From a virus (lineage: Duplodnaviria; Heunggongvirae; Uroviricota; Caudoviricetes), in the IMG/VR virus record IMGVR_UViG_3300014614_000024, positions 1-37,985 of that record: DNA of 37,985 nucleotides. One strand, written 5' to 3'. Below are positions 10,523 through 19,739 of this stretch, in pieces (positions within the stretch are counted from its first letter, which is position 1; each line of letters opens with the position of its first letter). The notes beneath the pieces are model-generated. The model had not been told where the DNA came from. It was given only the letters and a program-made list of their open reading frames with translations, and ran no database searches. A program made the translations under genes and the position numbers.

Positions 10523-12273
10523 TATGCAAACTCCTCGATAATACAAATCCCTGCTGCGCCTTTCCCGCCCGTCATACTGGTTCCGCTATAACCGGCATCG
10601 TATGCACCACCGCCACCTGAACCATATGCCTTACCGTTAACGCCACCGCCTGCGCCTGCGCGTCCACCGCCACCCCAGTACGATGTTCCGCCTTCACCGC
10701 TGACGCCGATATTTCCGGACTGACCGTCGCCTCCATTTCCACCAGTGATGCGGATATCGCCAGTACTCGGCACACCTCCGTTACCGCCGTTTGTATTTGT
10801 AACTCCCACTTTCCCGCCACCTGCGCCACCAGGAGCAATTAACGATGCAAATACGCTATTCCCGCCACTGGTGCCGTTCGTCGCACTAACACCACCGGCC
10901 CCACCTGCGCCGATAGTGACAGGATAACTATCCTTCGTCAGGATCAGCGTGGTGATTACTGTCCCACCTGCCCCGCCGCCAGCACCGAAAAACGTTTCAT
11001 TATTGGATATAGCCTTGCAGCCGCCCCCTCCGCCACCGCCGCCCGTTATTGTGACCCTGATCCGTTTTGTTCCTGGCGTCGGGGTGTACGTACCTGATGA
11101 GGTGAAAACCCGGGTATTCAGCCAGCGTCCAACGTATCCACTTGCATCGCTCAGACCAAGATATTGAATAACCGCCTGTGTGCTTGCTTTATCCAGAATA
11201 TTCCGTCCAACGTTAGTCAGGGTTGTCAGGCTGGCTGTATCATTCCCCGTAAAATACGGAAGTTTGTCTGCCGCAGTGGCAAGGTCTGCCAGTGCGGTCA
11301 GTGTGGCGTCGGCAGGTTGTTTTCCATTGGCAAGGTCATATACAGCCTTCACAGCTTTTGGTGTGGCAGCCTGCGTTTCTGACGTGCTGTTAGTGGCGCT
11401 GCTGAGTTGCACGGTACCTTTTACCGTCAGTGAAGCTGCAGGCACATCCGTTATCTGGCTCCACGGGTGCGTGTGACTGACAGGTGCCTTACCTGCTGCA
11501 AGGTCATATGCCGCCTTCACTGCCTTTGGTGTGGCAGCCTGCGTTTCTGACGTGCTGTTAGTGGCGCTGCTGAGTTGCACGGTGCCTTTTACCGTCAGTG
11601 AAGCTGCAGGCACATCCGTTATCTGATTCCACGGGTGTGTGTGACTGGCGGATGCTTTACCTGCTGCAAGATCATATGCAGCCTTCACAGCCTTTGGTGT
11701 TGCGGCCAGTATTTCGGATTCACTGTTGGTCGCACTGCTTAACTGAGTAAAACCTTTTGCGGTCAGCGAGGCGTCCGGGTGACGTCGTGACTGTTCGTGC
11801 TCTGATATTTTGTCATCCACATACTTGCGAGTTGCCAGCACGACGGCAGGGTCGATTTTCAGGGTGATATTGTCCGTGCTGCTGGTAATCAGCACCATGC
11901 GCACGGTCTGGGTGCGCCCGCTGCCTTCAGCCAGTTGCGGCTTATAGCTTTCCGGGCAGTTGCCCACGGCAATCAATGCCCCGGACTCATCAAACAGGCC
12001 CACTTCACGTATCCACCAACCGCCCTCGTTTTCAGGGATCACCTGTTCGGCAATAATCTGGCTGCTGTTCTGCGGGTCGATATAGAGCATATTCAGCGCA
12101 GCCCGGCGTTTCTCATTTACTAGTGCTGTCTGCTTTGCGTCCGGCGTTGGCAATGTTCCGCCGCCATCGCCGACCGCCATATGGGTAATTTTTAAAGGCA
12201 CACCGAGCGCGGCGGCGCTGGCAAGTTTCGCCGCGCCAATATCCGTCAGCAGGGTATAAAATTTTGTGCTCAT
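10522..12273 (-). CDS. H: tail fibre protein with conserved N-terminal P2-H-like domain, internal tandem repeats and glycine-rich C-terminal tip
   Basis: 583 aa; N-terminus like P2 gpH; see repeat feature; C-terminal ~175 aa are dominated by GG/GGG runs. Confidence 0.85.
   Translation of the reverse strand: MSTKFYTLLTDIGAAKLASAAALGVPLKITHMAVGDGGGTLPTPDAKQTALVNEKRRAALNMLYIDPQNSSQIIAEQVIPENEGGWWIREVGLFDESGALIAVGNCPESYKPQLAEGSGRTQTVRMVLITSSTDNITLKIDPAVVLATRKYVDDKISEHEQSRRHPDASLTAKGFTQLSSATNSESEILAATPKAVKAAYDLAAGKASASHTHPWNQITDVPAASLTVKGTVQLSSATNSTSETQAATPKAVKAAYDLAAGKAPVSHTHPWSQITDVPAASLTVKGTVQLSSATNSTSETQAATPKAVKAVYDLANGKQPADATLTALADLATAADKLPYFTGNDTASLTTLTNVGRNILDKASTQAVIQYLGLSDASGYVGRWLNTRVFTSSGTYTPTPGTKRIRVTITGGGGGGGGCKAISNNETFFGAGGGAGGTVITTLILTKDSYPVTIGAGGAGGVSATNGTSGGNSVFASLIAPGGAGGGKVGVTNTNGGNGGVPSTGDIRITGGNGGDGQSGNIGVSGEGGTSYWGGGGRAGAGGGVNGKAYGSGGGGAYDAGYSGTSMTGGKGAAGICIIEEFA
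11331..11770 (-). repeat. in-frame tandem direct repeats, period 168 bp (56 aa), about 2.6 copies, inside gene H
   Basis: copies begin at 11331, 11499 and 11667 (caaggtcatat...gcctttggtgtggcagcctgcgtttctgacg...), nearly identical at the DNA level; the protein shows repeated HTHPW(N/S)QITDVPAASLTVKGTVQLSSATNSTSETQAATPKAVKA.YDLA.GK. Confidence 0.8.
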
Positions 12274-12875
12274 GGATTCACTCTCATTGTGTCAATAACA
12301 TGGACCGCCCCGCCTTCATGCGCGGTGCCACCGGAAATAATTATTTCGTTGATATACGGATAGATCGTGATTTCTTCGCCAAAATAGCTGGCGGCTCCCC
12401 CCCAATGCGGGCCGCTGGTCTGCAGGTTGATGGACATGCCGATCATGTGACGGCTACATGGTTTGGCATCGCTTATCAGTCGCTCAAGTTCCAGATAGGT
12501 ATCTTCAGTGATGCCCTGGTCCTGCACGCCGATATCCAGACGAAACGTGCCCGGTGTCTCTCCGGTCTGCCACCACTCAATAATGCGGATCAGAAAGCCG
12601 AACGGCTCCACCACCCGACGCACGGCACTGGTGGTCCCTTTATGCTGATGAATATAAAAAGCATCCTTCACCACCTGGCGCTTGACGCTTTCTGTCCAGC
12701 CCTCGTCCCAGCGATCTACAGAGAACGCCCAGGCGAGATAAGGCAGGAAACTGACCGGACAGGTTGCCGGATTCCACAAGTCACGAAGCGGCACCTGCAG
12801 ATCAGAAATCCCGCTGCAGGTTTGCGCCAGTCGGCGCTCCAGTGGTGTTGAACCCGGTGGCAGCAGACTATTCAT
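12270..12875 (-). CDS. I: baseplate protein I
   Basis: 201 aa, P2 gpI-like; 4-bp overlap with H. Confidence 0.85.
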   Translation of the reverse strand: MNSLLPPGSTPLERRLAQTCSGISDLQVPLRDLWNPATCPVSFLPYLAWAFSVDRWDEGWTESVKRQVVKDAFYIHQHKGTTSAVRRVVEPFGFLIRIIEWWQTGETPGTFRLDIGVQDQGITEDTYLELERLISDAKPCSRHMIGMSINLQTSGPHWGGAASYFGEEITIYPYINEIIISGGTAHEGGAVHVIDTMRVNP

Positions 12876-13776
12876 CCGTTCCTCCGTTGGTTACGCTCCA
12901 CTGCGTACATGATGCCGCCTGTGTTTTGTTCAGGACCACATCCGCCAGAGGAGAAGCCAGCTCCACACGCTGCACACCCTCAACATGCAGGGCGGCAAAG
13001 ATAGCGCTACGGCGAATATCCCGACCAAGACGCGTCTGACTGGCGATGTACTTCTGCAGGCTGGCTTTTGCCGCTGCCATTACCGGCTCTGCTTCCGGTC
13101 CAGGATAGAGAAAAATGGTGGCTTCCACGCGATACGGGATGATTTCTGCGCTGCGAACCGTAAGACGGTCAGCCACCGGGCGGACGTTCTCACTGTTCAG
13201 AGCTTTTTCCACCACGTCCAGCAGGTCTTTTTCCGCAGTTCCATCGCCTTCGCGGCTAAGGACAGTCAGCACCACCTCTGCAGGTGCCGGGCTGGTTGCA
13301 CTGGCATCCGCCACCCGACCGTCGGCGCTTCGGGCATGAAATTCATAAGCTGCAGTTGGCCCCGCAACTGAAAGCCCTTCAAAGGCTGCAGGCACACGCA
13401 GGCGTAACGCTTCATCGCTTTCCATCACAGCTGCAACGGGCGGCACAGCGTCATTATCAGCAGGCGTCACCATCAGGCGTTTTACGTTGTAGTTGGCAGC
13501 GAGCTGGTCAAGATCGCTGCCCATCGCGTAAGCCGCCATCACAGCCTGCGCGGCTTCGTTAATGCGCTGGCGCAGAAGCAACTCACGGTAAGCGTTCTCC
13601 TGCAGCAATTTGGTGACGGGTTCAGATTCCAGTTCCAGCGTGCGGATCACTGCTTCCTGCTCATCTTTCGGATGAAGCGCAACAAATTCGGCCTTGCGTT
13701 CGGCAAGCAGCGTCTCAAAGTCCGGCACATCCACAATCTGCGGCGCAGGCAACTGCGAAAGGTCAATCACTGCCAT
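12868..13776 (-). CDS. J: baseplate protein J
   Basis: P2 gpJ-like; start placed at the internal ATG 13776 (MAVIDLSQLP...), which is closer to P2 gpJ length than the upstream ORF start. Confidence 0.85.
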   Translation of the reverse strand: MAVIDLSQLPAPQIVDVPDFETLLAERKAEFVALHPKDEQEAVIRTLELESEPVTKLLQENAYRELLLRQRINEAAQAVMAAYAMGSDLDQLAANYNVKRLMVTPADNDAVPPVAAVMESDEALRLRVPAAFEGLSVAGPTAAYEFHARSADGRVADASATSPAPAEVVLTVLSREGDGTAEKDLLDVVEKALNSENVRPVADRLTVRSAEIIPYRVEATIFLYPGPEAEPVMAAAKASLQKYIASQTRLGRDIRRSAIFAALHVEGVQRVELASPLADVVLNKTQAASCTQWSVTNGGTDE

Positions 13777-14122
13777 TCTCTGCTCCTGTTGATACGGAAA
13801 GGGAAACAGGCACACCGTTATTACGCCGCCCGCTCAGCGCCACCACCATTGAACCGTCAAAATTGCTGTTGATGGTGATGGAATCCAGCGTCATCCGTGG
13901 CTCCCAGCGACTCAGCGCTACATACACTGCCGACATGACCTGCAGGCGTAATGCCGGATTTTGTGGCTGGTCTATTAGCGAGGACAGCAGGGAACCATAT
14001 TCACGACGGGCAATGCGGCTACCCTGCGGTGTCAGTAGAATGTCCCGCACCGACTGACGCAGATGGTCAATATCAGTAATGGCTTTACCGCTGGTATTGT
14101 TCATCCCGATATAAAGCGTCAT
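13763..14122 (-). CDS. W: baseplate wedge protein W (gp25-like)
   Basis: 119 aa, P2 gpW-like. Confidence 0.85.
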   Translation of the reverse strand: MTLYIGMNNTSGKAITDIDHLRQSVRDILLTPQGSRIARREYGSLLSSLIDQPQNPALRLQVMSAVYVALSRWEPRMTLDSITINSNFDGSMVVALSGRRNNGVPVSLSVSTGAENGSD

Positions 14123-14697
14123 ACCGGGCCTCCGGTTGTATCGCCGCCTTTCAGGACGCCAGTATGCTGATGCGCATCAACCACGATCCCGTTAGAACTC
14201 ATCGCTCCGCCGCCCTGGGTAACGCCACCATTGATCACCACTTCGCTGTTAATGCGCGTGCGGTCAGCCTCCAGTACAAACTCACTGGTTTTCATGGTGA
14301 TGTTGTCAGCGGCTTCAATGACCATTGATTTGATGCCCCTGACATACCAGCGCCCGGTGGCGGGTTCGTATTCAAACCAGCCACCGTCAGGATGTTCTGT
14401 CACGCAGGCGTCCGCCGACGTCGACGGTGGTGCGAACTGATTCGAATAGACAGCGGGCAGCGCAAAGGCGGTTTCCAGATTGCCGCCCAGACTCAGCAGC
14501 ACCACCTGCTCACCTTCCGATGGTCGCCACCATGTGCGGGCATTCCCGGCACGCAGCGTCAGCCAGCTAATCCAGTTGGTTTCAAGCTCGCCCGTTTTCA
14601 CCCGGCAAAGCCAGTTTTCCCTGTCCACTTCGGTGACTACCCCTGTGCGAATCAGGTTGGTGATAAGGCGCATGATTTCGGTTAATTGTGCGTTCAT
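14119..14697 (-). CDS. V: baseplate spike/hub protein V
   Basis: 192 aa, P2 gpV-like. Confidence 0.85.
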   Translation of the reverse strand: MNAQLTEIMRLITNLIRTGVVTEVDRENWLCRVKTGELETNWISWLTLRAGNARTWWRPSEGEQVVLLSLGGNLETAFALPAVYSNQFAPPSTSADACVTEHPDGGWFEYEPATGRWYVRGIKSMVIEAADNITMKTSEFVLEADRTRINSEVVINGGVTQGGGAMSSNGIVVDAHQHTGVLKGGDTTGGPV

Positions 14698-14765
14698 AGG
14701 GAAAGGTTGCCATCAGGGGAAGAAAGGCGGCAGTGCTGCAACTTGTATCAGTGCTGATACAAAGA

Positions 14766-15212
14766 TCACCCCGCCAGCCATTGCAGAATCATGTCGCGGG
14801 TCATTGCCTCAACATCATCATTTACACCCAGCAGGCGGCGCTCTGCGTAACGGACCTCCGGTCCTTTGCGACTGACGCGATCTCGCAGGCCGTAATGGTG
14901 AACGCGGGCAATGCGCTGCACCTTGCCTTCAAACTGCACGCTGGCAGAGTCGGTGCTGGCGGCAGTTTTCAGGTATTTTGTGGTGCGCAGCTTTGCAAAC
15001 ATCTGACGTTTGATACGGCCTTTTTTACTGCGTGCTGTTACCCTGCGCGGTTCATAACTGCTGCCATCAGGATTGCGCTGCATCCTGATATTCTGCTGCT
15101 GTGTCCGGCGCAGTTCCTGCGCCAGCTGGCGCATCATGCGGCTTCTAGCGGCTGGTTCCAGATTCGCCAGCAAGGCACTCAACCAGTCGTCCACCTTCTG
15201 CAATTCAGCCAC
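14766..15212 (-). CDS. S: tail completion protein S
   Basis: 148 aa, P2 gpS-like; GTG start. Confidence 0.85.
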   Translation of the reverse strand: MAELQKVDDWLSALLANLEPAARSRMMRQLAQELRRTQQQNIRMQRNPDGSSYEPRRVTARSKKGRIKRQMFAKLRTTKYLKTAASTDSASVQFEGKVQRIARVHHYGLRDRVSRKGPEVRYAERRLLGVNDDVEAMTRDMILQWLAG

Positions 15213-15636
15213 GTTTCACCGTCCACATTTCTTCAGGTTCATCAGGTTCCGCTATAGCTTCAACGCTCGACACACTGCCGTCAGTGCTGACCAGCACACG
15301 TTCCGTCAGTTGCAGGTTCAGGCTGATATCACAGACATCGTTGCGCAGAATATCCACCTCAAAGGTGAATAGCTTTTCCCGTAACGCCGGGTTATTGATG
15401 GCATCGGGCTGGTTATCACGCAGCCACAGCAAAACCGGGGCCATCAGCAGATTCTGGTCGCCGCTGAAATCCTCAATCACCACGTTCAGGGTGTAGCGGT
15501 ACTCCCATGACATGGAGCTGGCCCCCGTGGCAACCAGCGAACCGTTATCCACAAACAGATGCAGTTTGTCCGGGTTATTGCGGACATAAGGCACCGCTTT
15601 ATTGAGGGCGTGGCGCAGGGATTGTGGTTTGTTCAC
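15205..15636 (-). CDS. R: tail completion protein R
   Basis: P2 gpR-like; start placed at GTG 15636 (VNKPQSLR, compare P2 MLKPDSLR) with AGGAG 7 nt upstream. Confidence 0.8.
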   Translation of the reverse strand: MNKPQSLRHALNKAVPYVRNNPDKLHLFVDNGSLVATGASSMSWEYRYTLNVVIEDFSGDQNLLMAPVLLWLRDNQPDAINNPALREKLFTFEVDILRNDVCDISLNLQLTERVLVSTDGSVSSVEAIAEPDEPEEMWTVKRG

Positions 15637-15889
15637 TGTTTCGCTCCTGACACGCAATAATCATGTCCACTTTGTCTGCACAGACCGCCCAGGCGGCCTC
15701 CGTTTCATCCAGCAACGCATTCAGATCACCGTTAGTGCGCGGTGCTGCCTGCTCCAGCCGACACGGCGTCACTCGCGGACAACCACTGACGGTAAGCTGC
15801 ACCTCCGGTGAGTGCCTGACGTTCCCGCAGCCGGATAATGTCAGCAGGCAAAGGAGTATCAGCCCAGTGGCGTAAATCCTCGTTCTCAC
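15599..15889 (-). CDS. lysC: LysC-like o-spanin (Rz1-type outer-membrane lipoprotein), nested in the lysB and R region
   Basis: 96 aa with signal peptide and lipobox LTLSGC; starts inside lysB in another frame and runs past the lysB stop into the R start, as P2 lysC does. Confidence 0.75.
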   Translation of the reverse strand: MRTRIYATGLILLCLLTLSGCGNVRHSPEVQLTVSGCPRVTPCRLEQAAPRTNGDLNALLDETEAAWAVCADKVDMIIACQERNSEQTTIPAPRPQ

Positions 15890-16160
15890 GTTTCAGTTCC
15901 TCGATCCGGCGTTGTCGTTGTCTCAGCTGTGCGCTGGTCTGTTCTGCTTCGGCATAGAGCCGCGCCTGCTCCCGGTTATTGGTTTCAGTCAGAATGGACA
16001 GGCTGATAAGCTGGCTGTTGCTCTTTGCCAGTGCCTGGCTTTTGCTCTGCAGCTCGTTTGCCTGCGTGCTGATGGTCTGGCTGGCATCAGCCAGCCGCCA
16101 CGTCTGCCAGCCCAGCGCCGCTAGTAATAACACCAGCACAACCAGCAGCAACCGGTTCAT
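15732..16160 (-). CDS. lysB: LysB-like i-spanin (Rz-type)
   Basis: 142 aa with N-terminal TM anchor and coiled-coil periplasmic part; P2 LysB-like. Confidence 0.8.
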   Translation of the reverse strand: MNRLLLVVLVLLLAALGWQTWRLADASQTISTQANELQSKSQALAKSNSQLISLSILTETNNREQARLYAEAEQTSAQLRQRQRRIEELKRENEDLRHWADTPLPADIIRLRERQALTGGAAYRQWLSASDAVSAGAGSTAH

Positions 16161-16534
16161 GCTGCTACCTGTTGCGCCATCTGATTACGGGTGATCCAGA
16201 AGGCAATAACGGTCAGTAGATAAAAGACCAGGGTAATAGCCCACCCCGTCCATGCGAGACTTACAACAATCAGCAATCGCATCACCCAACTGATAAATAC
16301 GTTTTCTTTTCGGGTAATTGTCTTCAGCAAAGATGCCCTTAACTCCTGCCAGAGCGGGCCATTCTGAATTAACGCAGCCAGTGCTACCGGAATTACCGCC
16401 CATGTCAGCAAACAGGCTACCCAAACGCCGGACGCTGCCAGTACCGGAAAGATCCCCTGCGGATGCACCATTGCTGCGATTAACAGCGCCATCCATAACA
16501 TCAGAAACAGTCCGCTGATTAATTTCTTTTTCAT
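16157..16534 (-). CDS. lysA: LysA-like membrane protein (lysis timing)
   Basis: start placed at internal ATG 16534 (MKKKLISG...) with GGAG upstream, 1 nt after the K stop; about four hydrophobic segments. Confidence 0.7.
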   Translation of the reverse strand: MKKKLISGLFLMLWMALLIAAMVHPQGIFPVLAASGVWVACLLTWAVIPVALAALIQNGPLWQELRASLLKTITRKENVFISWVMRLLIVVSLAWTGWAITLVFYLLTVIAFWITRNQMAQQVAA

Positions 16535-16535
16535 T

Positions 16536-17048
16536 TCAGTTTGCTCCCTGTAAACACCAGGCCATCTCCCGCGCACGGCGGTTATCCAGCCCCTGATTAA
16601 ACACACCTTTTACATAAACCCAGCGCGGCAACTGTCGGCACGCATCCGCCCAGCGCCGCTGATTGAGCAATTTCACCAGCGTGGAGCTGCAGGCATTGCC
16701 TGTCCCCACGTTGAAGGCAAACGACACCACCGAGTCATACACCTTTTGTGGCGGCTGTTGCTTCACACATCTTTCCAGCGCCCGCTCCACACGCAGCACG
16801 TTGGAGATAAGCCCTTCTGCTGCCTGTCGTTCCGTAATGGTTTTGCCGGGAATGACGCCCGACGTATTACCAATGCCGTCAGTCCATACACCCGCGCTGC
16901 ACTGATACGGCTGCAGACGACAGCCTTCGTAATCGGCAATCAGTTTCAGTCCCTCCACGGAGGTGTGAAGCTGCTGAAAACCCGGCAGCGTGGCAGCAAT
17001 AGCCAGCACGGTCCCGACAAGGCAGCGTTTAACGATTGATGGATTCAT
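16536..17048 (-). CDS. K: endolysin (phage lysozyme family)
   Basis: 170 aa, P2 gpK-like. Confidence 0.9.
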   Translation of the reverse strand: MNPSIVKRCLVGTVLAIAATLPGFQQLHTSVEGLKLIADYEGCRLQPYQCSAGVWTDGIGNTSGVIPGKTITERQAAEGLISNVLRVERALERCVKQQPPQKVYDSVVSFAFNVGTGNACSSTLVKLLNQRRWADACRQLPRWVYVKGVFNQGLDNRRAREMAWCLQGAN

Positions 17049-17244
17049 AGTCCTCCCGCGTGATCTGCCCGTCGCGCAGAAGCTGGTAGGCTTTGTGTTT
17101 GTAGTACCAGTTGATAGCCAGCATCAGCACACCGATCATCAGGCCGCCCAGCGTTGAGGCATCCTTGATGGACAAATCGCCCAGCCAGGCCAGCACGACG
17201 GCGATGCAATACGTGATAAAGGCGCTGATTCGCTCAAGCGTCAT
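17029..17244 (-). CDS. Y: holin
   Basis: 71 aa with two hydrophobic helices and a charged C-terminus; immediately upstream of and overlapping the endolysin, in the P2 Y position. Confidence 0.65.
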   Translation of the reverse strand: MTLERISAFITYCIAVVLAWLGDLSIKDASTLGGLMIGVLMLAINWYYKHKAYQLLRDGQITREDYESINR

Positions 17245-17247
17245 AAT

Positions 17248-17451
17248 TCAGTCCCATAGCTGGACGGTCTGCACGGTGGTGGTTGTCGGAATGTCCGGCA
17301 GCTCCACCTGCAGCCCGTGAGGTAAAAAGGGGCCATATTCGGCAAGCCCCGGATTTGCCTTCAGTACCTGCTCCGTGACACCCTGCGTGCGCCCGTAATG
17401 ACGCCAGCAAAGCGCGTCCACCGTGTCATACTGATGCGCACACACTTTCAT
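17248..17451 (-). CDS. X: tail protein X
   Basis: 67 aa, P2 gpX-like. Confidence 0.85.
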   Translation of the reverse strand: MKVCAHQYDTVDALCWRHYGRTQGVTEQVLKANPGLAEYGPFLPHGLQVELPDIPTTTTVQTVQLWD

Positions 17452-17915
17452 CAGATAAGCTCCACTGTGCAGTGCGGCGCATCCTGTACCCGGCTGATGG
17501 CCCAGCGGGCGTCACGCCACAAATCACCGCTGGCTTCCGCCAGTTCCTCGCCCCGCTTCACACCAGACGCCGTGGCGTCATAGTCCTGGTAACGTTCGTT
17601 GAGCATGGCGCGTGCCCAGCAGTAAACCGCGTTGAAATAGTGCTGAATGCGCTCACTTTTGCCGTCCAGTTGTTCCGCCGGAACCTCTGCCAGCGAGGCA
17701 TATCCCAGCATCTGCTGGCGTCTGCGAAACTCATACAGTTCTGCGTTGACCTCCGAAATTGCCGACAGCGCAACCTGCTTTAAACGCGGCTGCGTCACCG
17801 TGCCGTCAGTGCGCATCACACTGCGAAACTCCGACAGGTCCACATCAGGCCAGAACGGCGTATTTCTGATGATTTCCGCCTGTTCCGGTGCCTGTTCTGG
17901 TGCAACAAACTTCAT
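17451..17915 (-). CDS. L: head completion/stabilisation protein L
   Basis: P2 gpL-like; start placed at ATG 17915 (MKFVAPEQ...) with AGGAGA upstream; an upstream GTG at 17978 is also possible. Confidence 0.8.
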   Translation of the reverse strand: MKFVAPEQAPEQAEIIRNTPFWPDVDLSEFRSVMRTDGTVTQPRLKQVALSAISEVNAELYEFRRRQQMLGYASLAEVPAEQLDGKSERIQHYFNAVYCWARAMLNERYQDYDATASGVKRGEELAEASGDLWRDARWAISRVQDAPHCTVELI

Positions 17916-18010
17916 GCTGCTTTCTCCTGAAATAGAGGGCGGTGGACGGAGTTTTGATGTGGCTGTGCCTTTCGCCACCCCGTGCCGCCCGTGCGCGGGG
18001 GCACGTTCTG

Positions 18011-18661
18011 TCAGCGGCTGTCATTGCGCAGTCTGCGCTCCAGCTGCTGTTTGTCTTTTTTCACGCCACAGCGGGGATCGAGCTGCAACGCATGGTTGAG
18101 ATGGTTAAGGGCGGAAGCCGGATTGCTTTCACTCAGGACAGCGCCAATCGCTTTATGCAGACGCGCCCGTGACTGGTCCGGCATATCCAGACCGTCTGTC
18201 AGCTCCAGCGTCTGCAGCAACAGATCGGCATCAAAGCCGGTGGCGGCAAGCATTGCGCTCTGCGCCGCGTCTGCCATTTCCTCTGCCAGCACGGTCTGCA
18301 CATTGCGATTACCCAGCGGCATCACCCAGCCATGACGCAGGGCGTGACGCCCGATCTCCAGCGCCCCGGCATAATCTCCGGCATCAATGCGCCACAGCAT
18401 CACGTACATCAGCACGTCATCCTGTTGAGCGCCTCCGGCAGCAAGGACACCCTCCGCCCAGGCGGCGTACTTCGGCAGCAGCTCCACCTTGATTTCCGCT
18501 TTTTTGACCGTGGACTGAACGCCCTTGAGACGGCGGCGGTCTTCCGCCAGTTGCAGCAGCATCAGGTCATAGCCCGACGCGTGGCGAACGCTGCCGCCCT
18601 CGCGGGCGGCCTGTTCAGCCTGAACGCGCAGGCGATGCTGCCGTGCGGGACTCAGGCTCAT
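18011..18661 (-). CDS. M: terminase endonuclease (small) subunit M
   Basis: 216 aa, P2 gpM-like. Confidence 0.85.
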   Translation of the reverse strand: MSLSPARQHRLRVQAEQAAREGGSVRHASGYDLMLLQLAEDRRRLKGVQSTVKKAEIKVELLPKYAAWAEGVLAAGGAQQDDVLMYVMLWRIDAGDYAGALEIGRHALRHGWVMPLGNRNVQTVLAEEMADAAQSAMLAATGFDADLLLQTLELTDGLDMPDQSRARLHKAIGAVLSESNPASALNHLNHALQLDPRCGVKKDKQQLERRLRNDSR

Positions 18662-18664
18662 GAA

Positions 18665-19723
18665 TTACGCTCCGGTTTCTGCTGCTGCGGCGCTGAAGTC
18701 GCCAATCTGGATGTTTTCCACCAGTGCGGCGCAGCGGTAGTCCTCAACCACATAGGCTTCGTTAACGGATTCAAAGTTTTCAATCCGGTCACGTTTCGGG
18801 TTGTCGATAACTGAGCGGCGGCGGGTGTCTTCCTGCCAGTAGATGGACAGGTTATCCAGACGGGTGATCAGCAGTGCATTCGGCGGGAAGAACGGCGCAC
18901 GCACGGCCTGCAGGCCACCCATGCGTTTCTGACTGATGATCATATCGGCAGCCAGTTTTTCACTGTTTTCCTGCTCTTTGTTGACCAGCGGGAAATACTT
19001 GTCAGACAGCAGTTCACGACCGCAAATCACCACCAGATCGTCATCGTCCTGGTAGACCACATCGATAAGCTCATTGACGGCATCCATCACCACGGCGTCC
19101 AGGTTGGCATATTCGCCACCTTTCCCGACTTTCACCGCACCCGGTGTGGTTTCACCGCCCGTGGTGGTGCTGCCCATGACGTGATCCGGTGCATCTTCAC
19201 GGATTTTCTGCAGCCAGCCTTTGTTCACATCCTGCAGCAGCGGGTTTTCGCTACGGCTGGAGGTTTTCGCACGCTTCACGCCGTTAAAGCCGATCATGAT
19301 GCGGTCCAGAGCCTGACGTTTCACGATGGCGTCACGGATGCGCACCTGGAAATCCTGAAACTTCGCCCACAGGTCCAGCTTCGCGTAGGTCAGCACCGTG
19401 TCAAAGTTGGTCTGCTCGCATTTATATTCCACATCGACCATCAGCGTCGGATCGACAGGTTCACGCTCTTTCGCGGTGGTGTCAGTGGTTCCGGCAATGG
19501 TGCTGCCAACTCCCAGCCCCAGCAGCTGACCGGACTGCTCAGTCACTGGCGTGACGTTAATCAGCGTCAGGAAAGCGGCGGACTGCTGGATCTGGTCTTC
19601 CAGCGTCTGCTGCACAGACGGCTCCACGGTGAACTTGCTGGACAGTTCTTCAACTGCCACACCGTTCAGACGCGCCAGCTGCTGCAGGTAAGCGTTAAAA
19701 GCAAAGCGGGTATTCTTCTTCAT
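18665..19723 (-). CDS. N: major capsid protein N
   Basis: 352 aa, P2 gpN-like. Confidence 0.9.
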   Translation of the reverse strand: MKKNTRFAFNAYLQQLARLNGVAVEELSSKFTVEPSVQQTLEDQIQQSAAFLTLINVTPVTEQSGQLLGLGVGSTIAGTTDTTAKEREPVDPTLMVDVEYKCEQTNFDTVLTYAKLDLWAKFQDFQVRIRDAIVKRQALDRIMIGFNGVKRAKTSSRSENPLLQDVNKGWLQKIREDAPDHVMGSTTTGGETTPGAVKVGKGGEYANLDAVVMDAVNELIDVVYQDDDDLVVICGRELLSDKYFPLVNKEQENSEKLAADMIISQKRMGGLQAVRAPFFPPNALLITRLDNLSIYWQEDTRRRSVIDNPKRDRIENFESVNEAYVVEDYRCAALVENIQIGDFSAAAAETGA

Positions 19724-19739
19724 CGGGTTTTGTGCTCCA

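Noticed and set aside
10745-11167. Proline-rich plus-strand ORFs (PPPPPPPP) opposite the tail-fibre Gly-rich region
   Set aside because: Mirror image of the GGN codons of gene H (reverse complement gives NCC, proline); not independent genes.
11331-11770. Possible CRISPR array or non-coding repeat
   Set aside because: The repeats are in frame inside the tail-fibre gene with no spacer-like unique intervening segments and no cas genes; they are protein-coding tandem repeats.
17978-17978. Upstream GTG start for gene L (and similar upstream TTG/GTG starts for ogr, J, lysA, dam, cII, apl, int)
   Set aside because: The internal ATG codons have proper Shine-Dalgarno spacing and give lengths matching the P2/186 homologs; the longer ORF-track extensions lack ribosome-binding sites or overlap upstream genes excessively.
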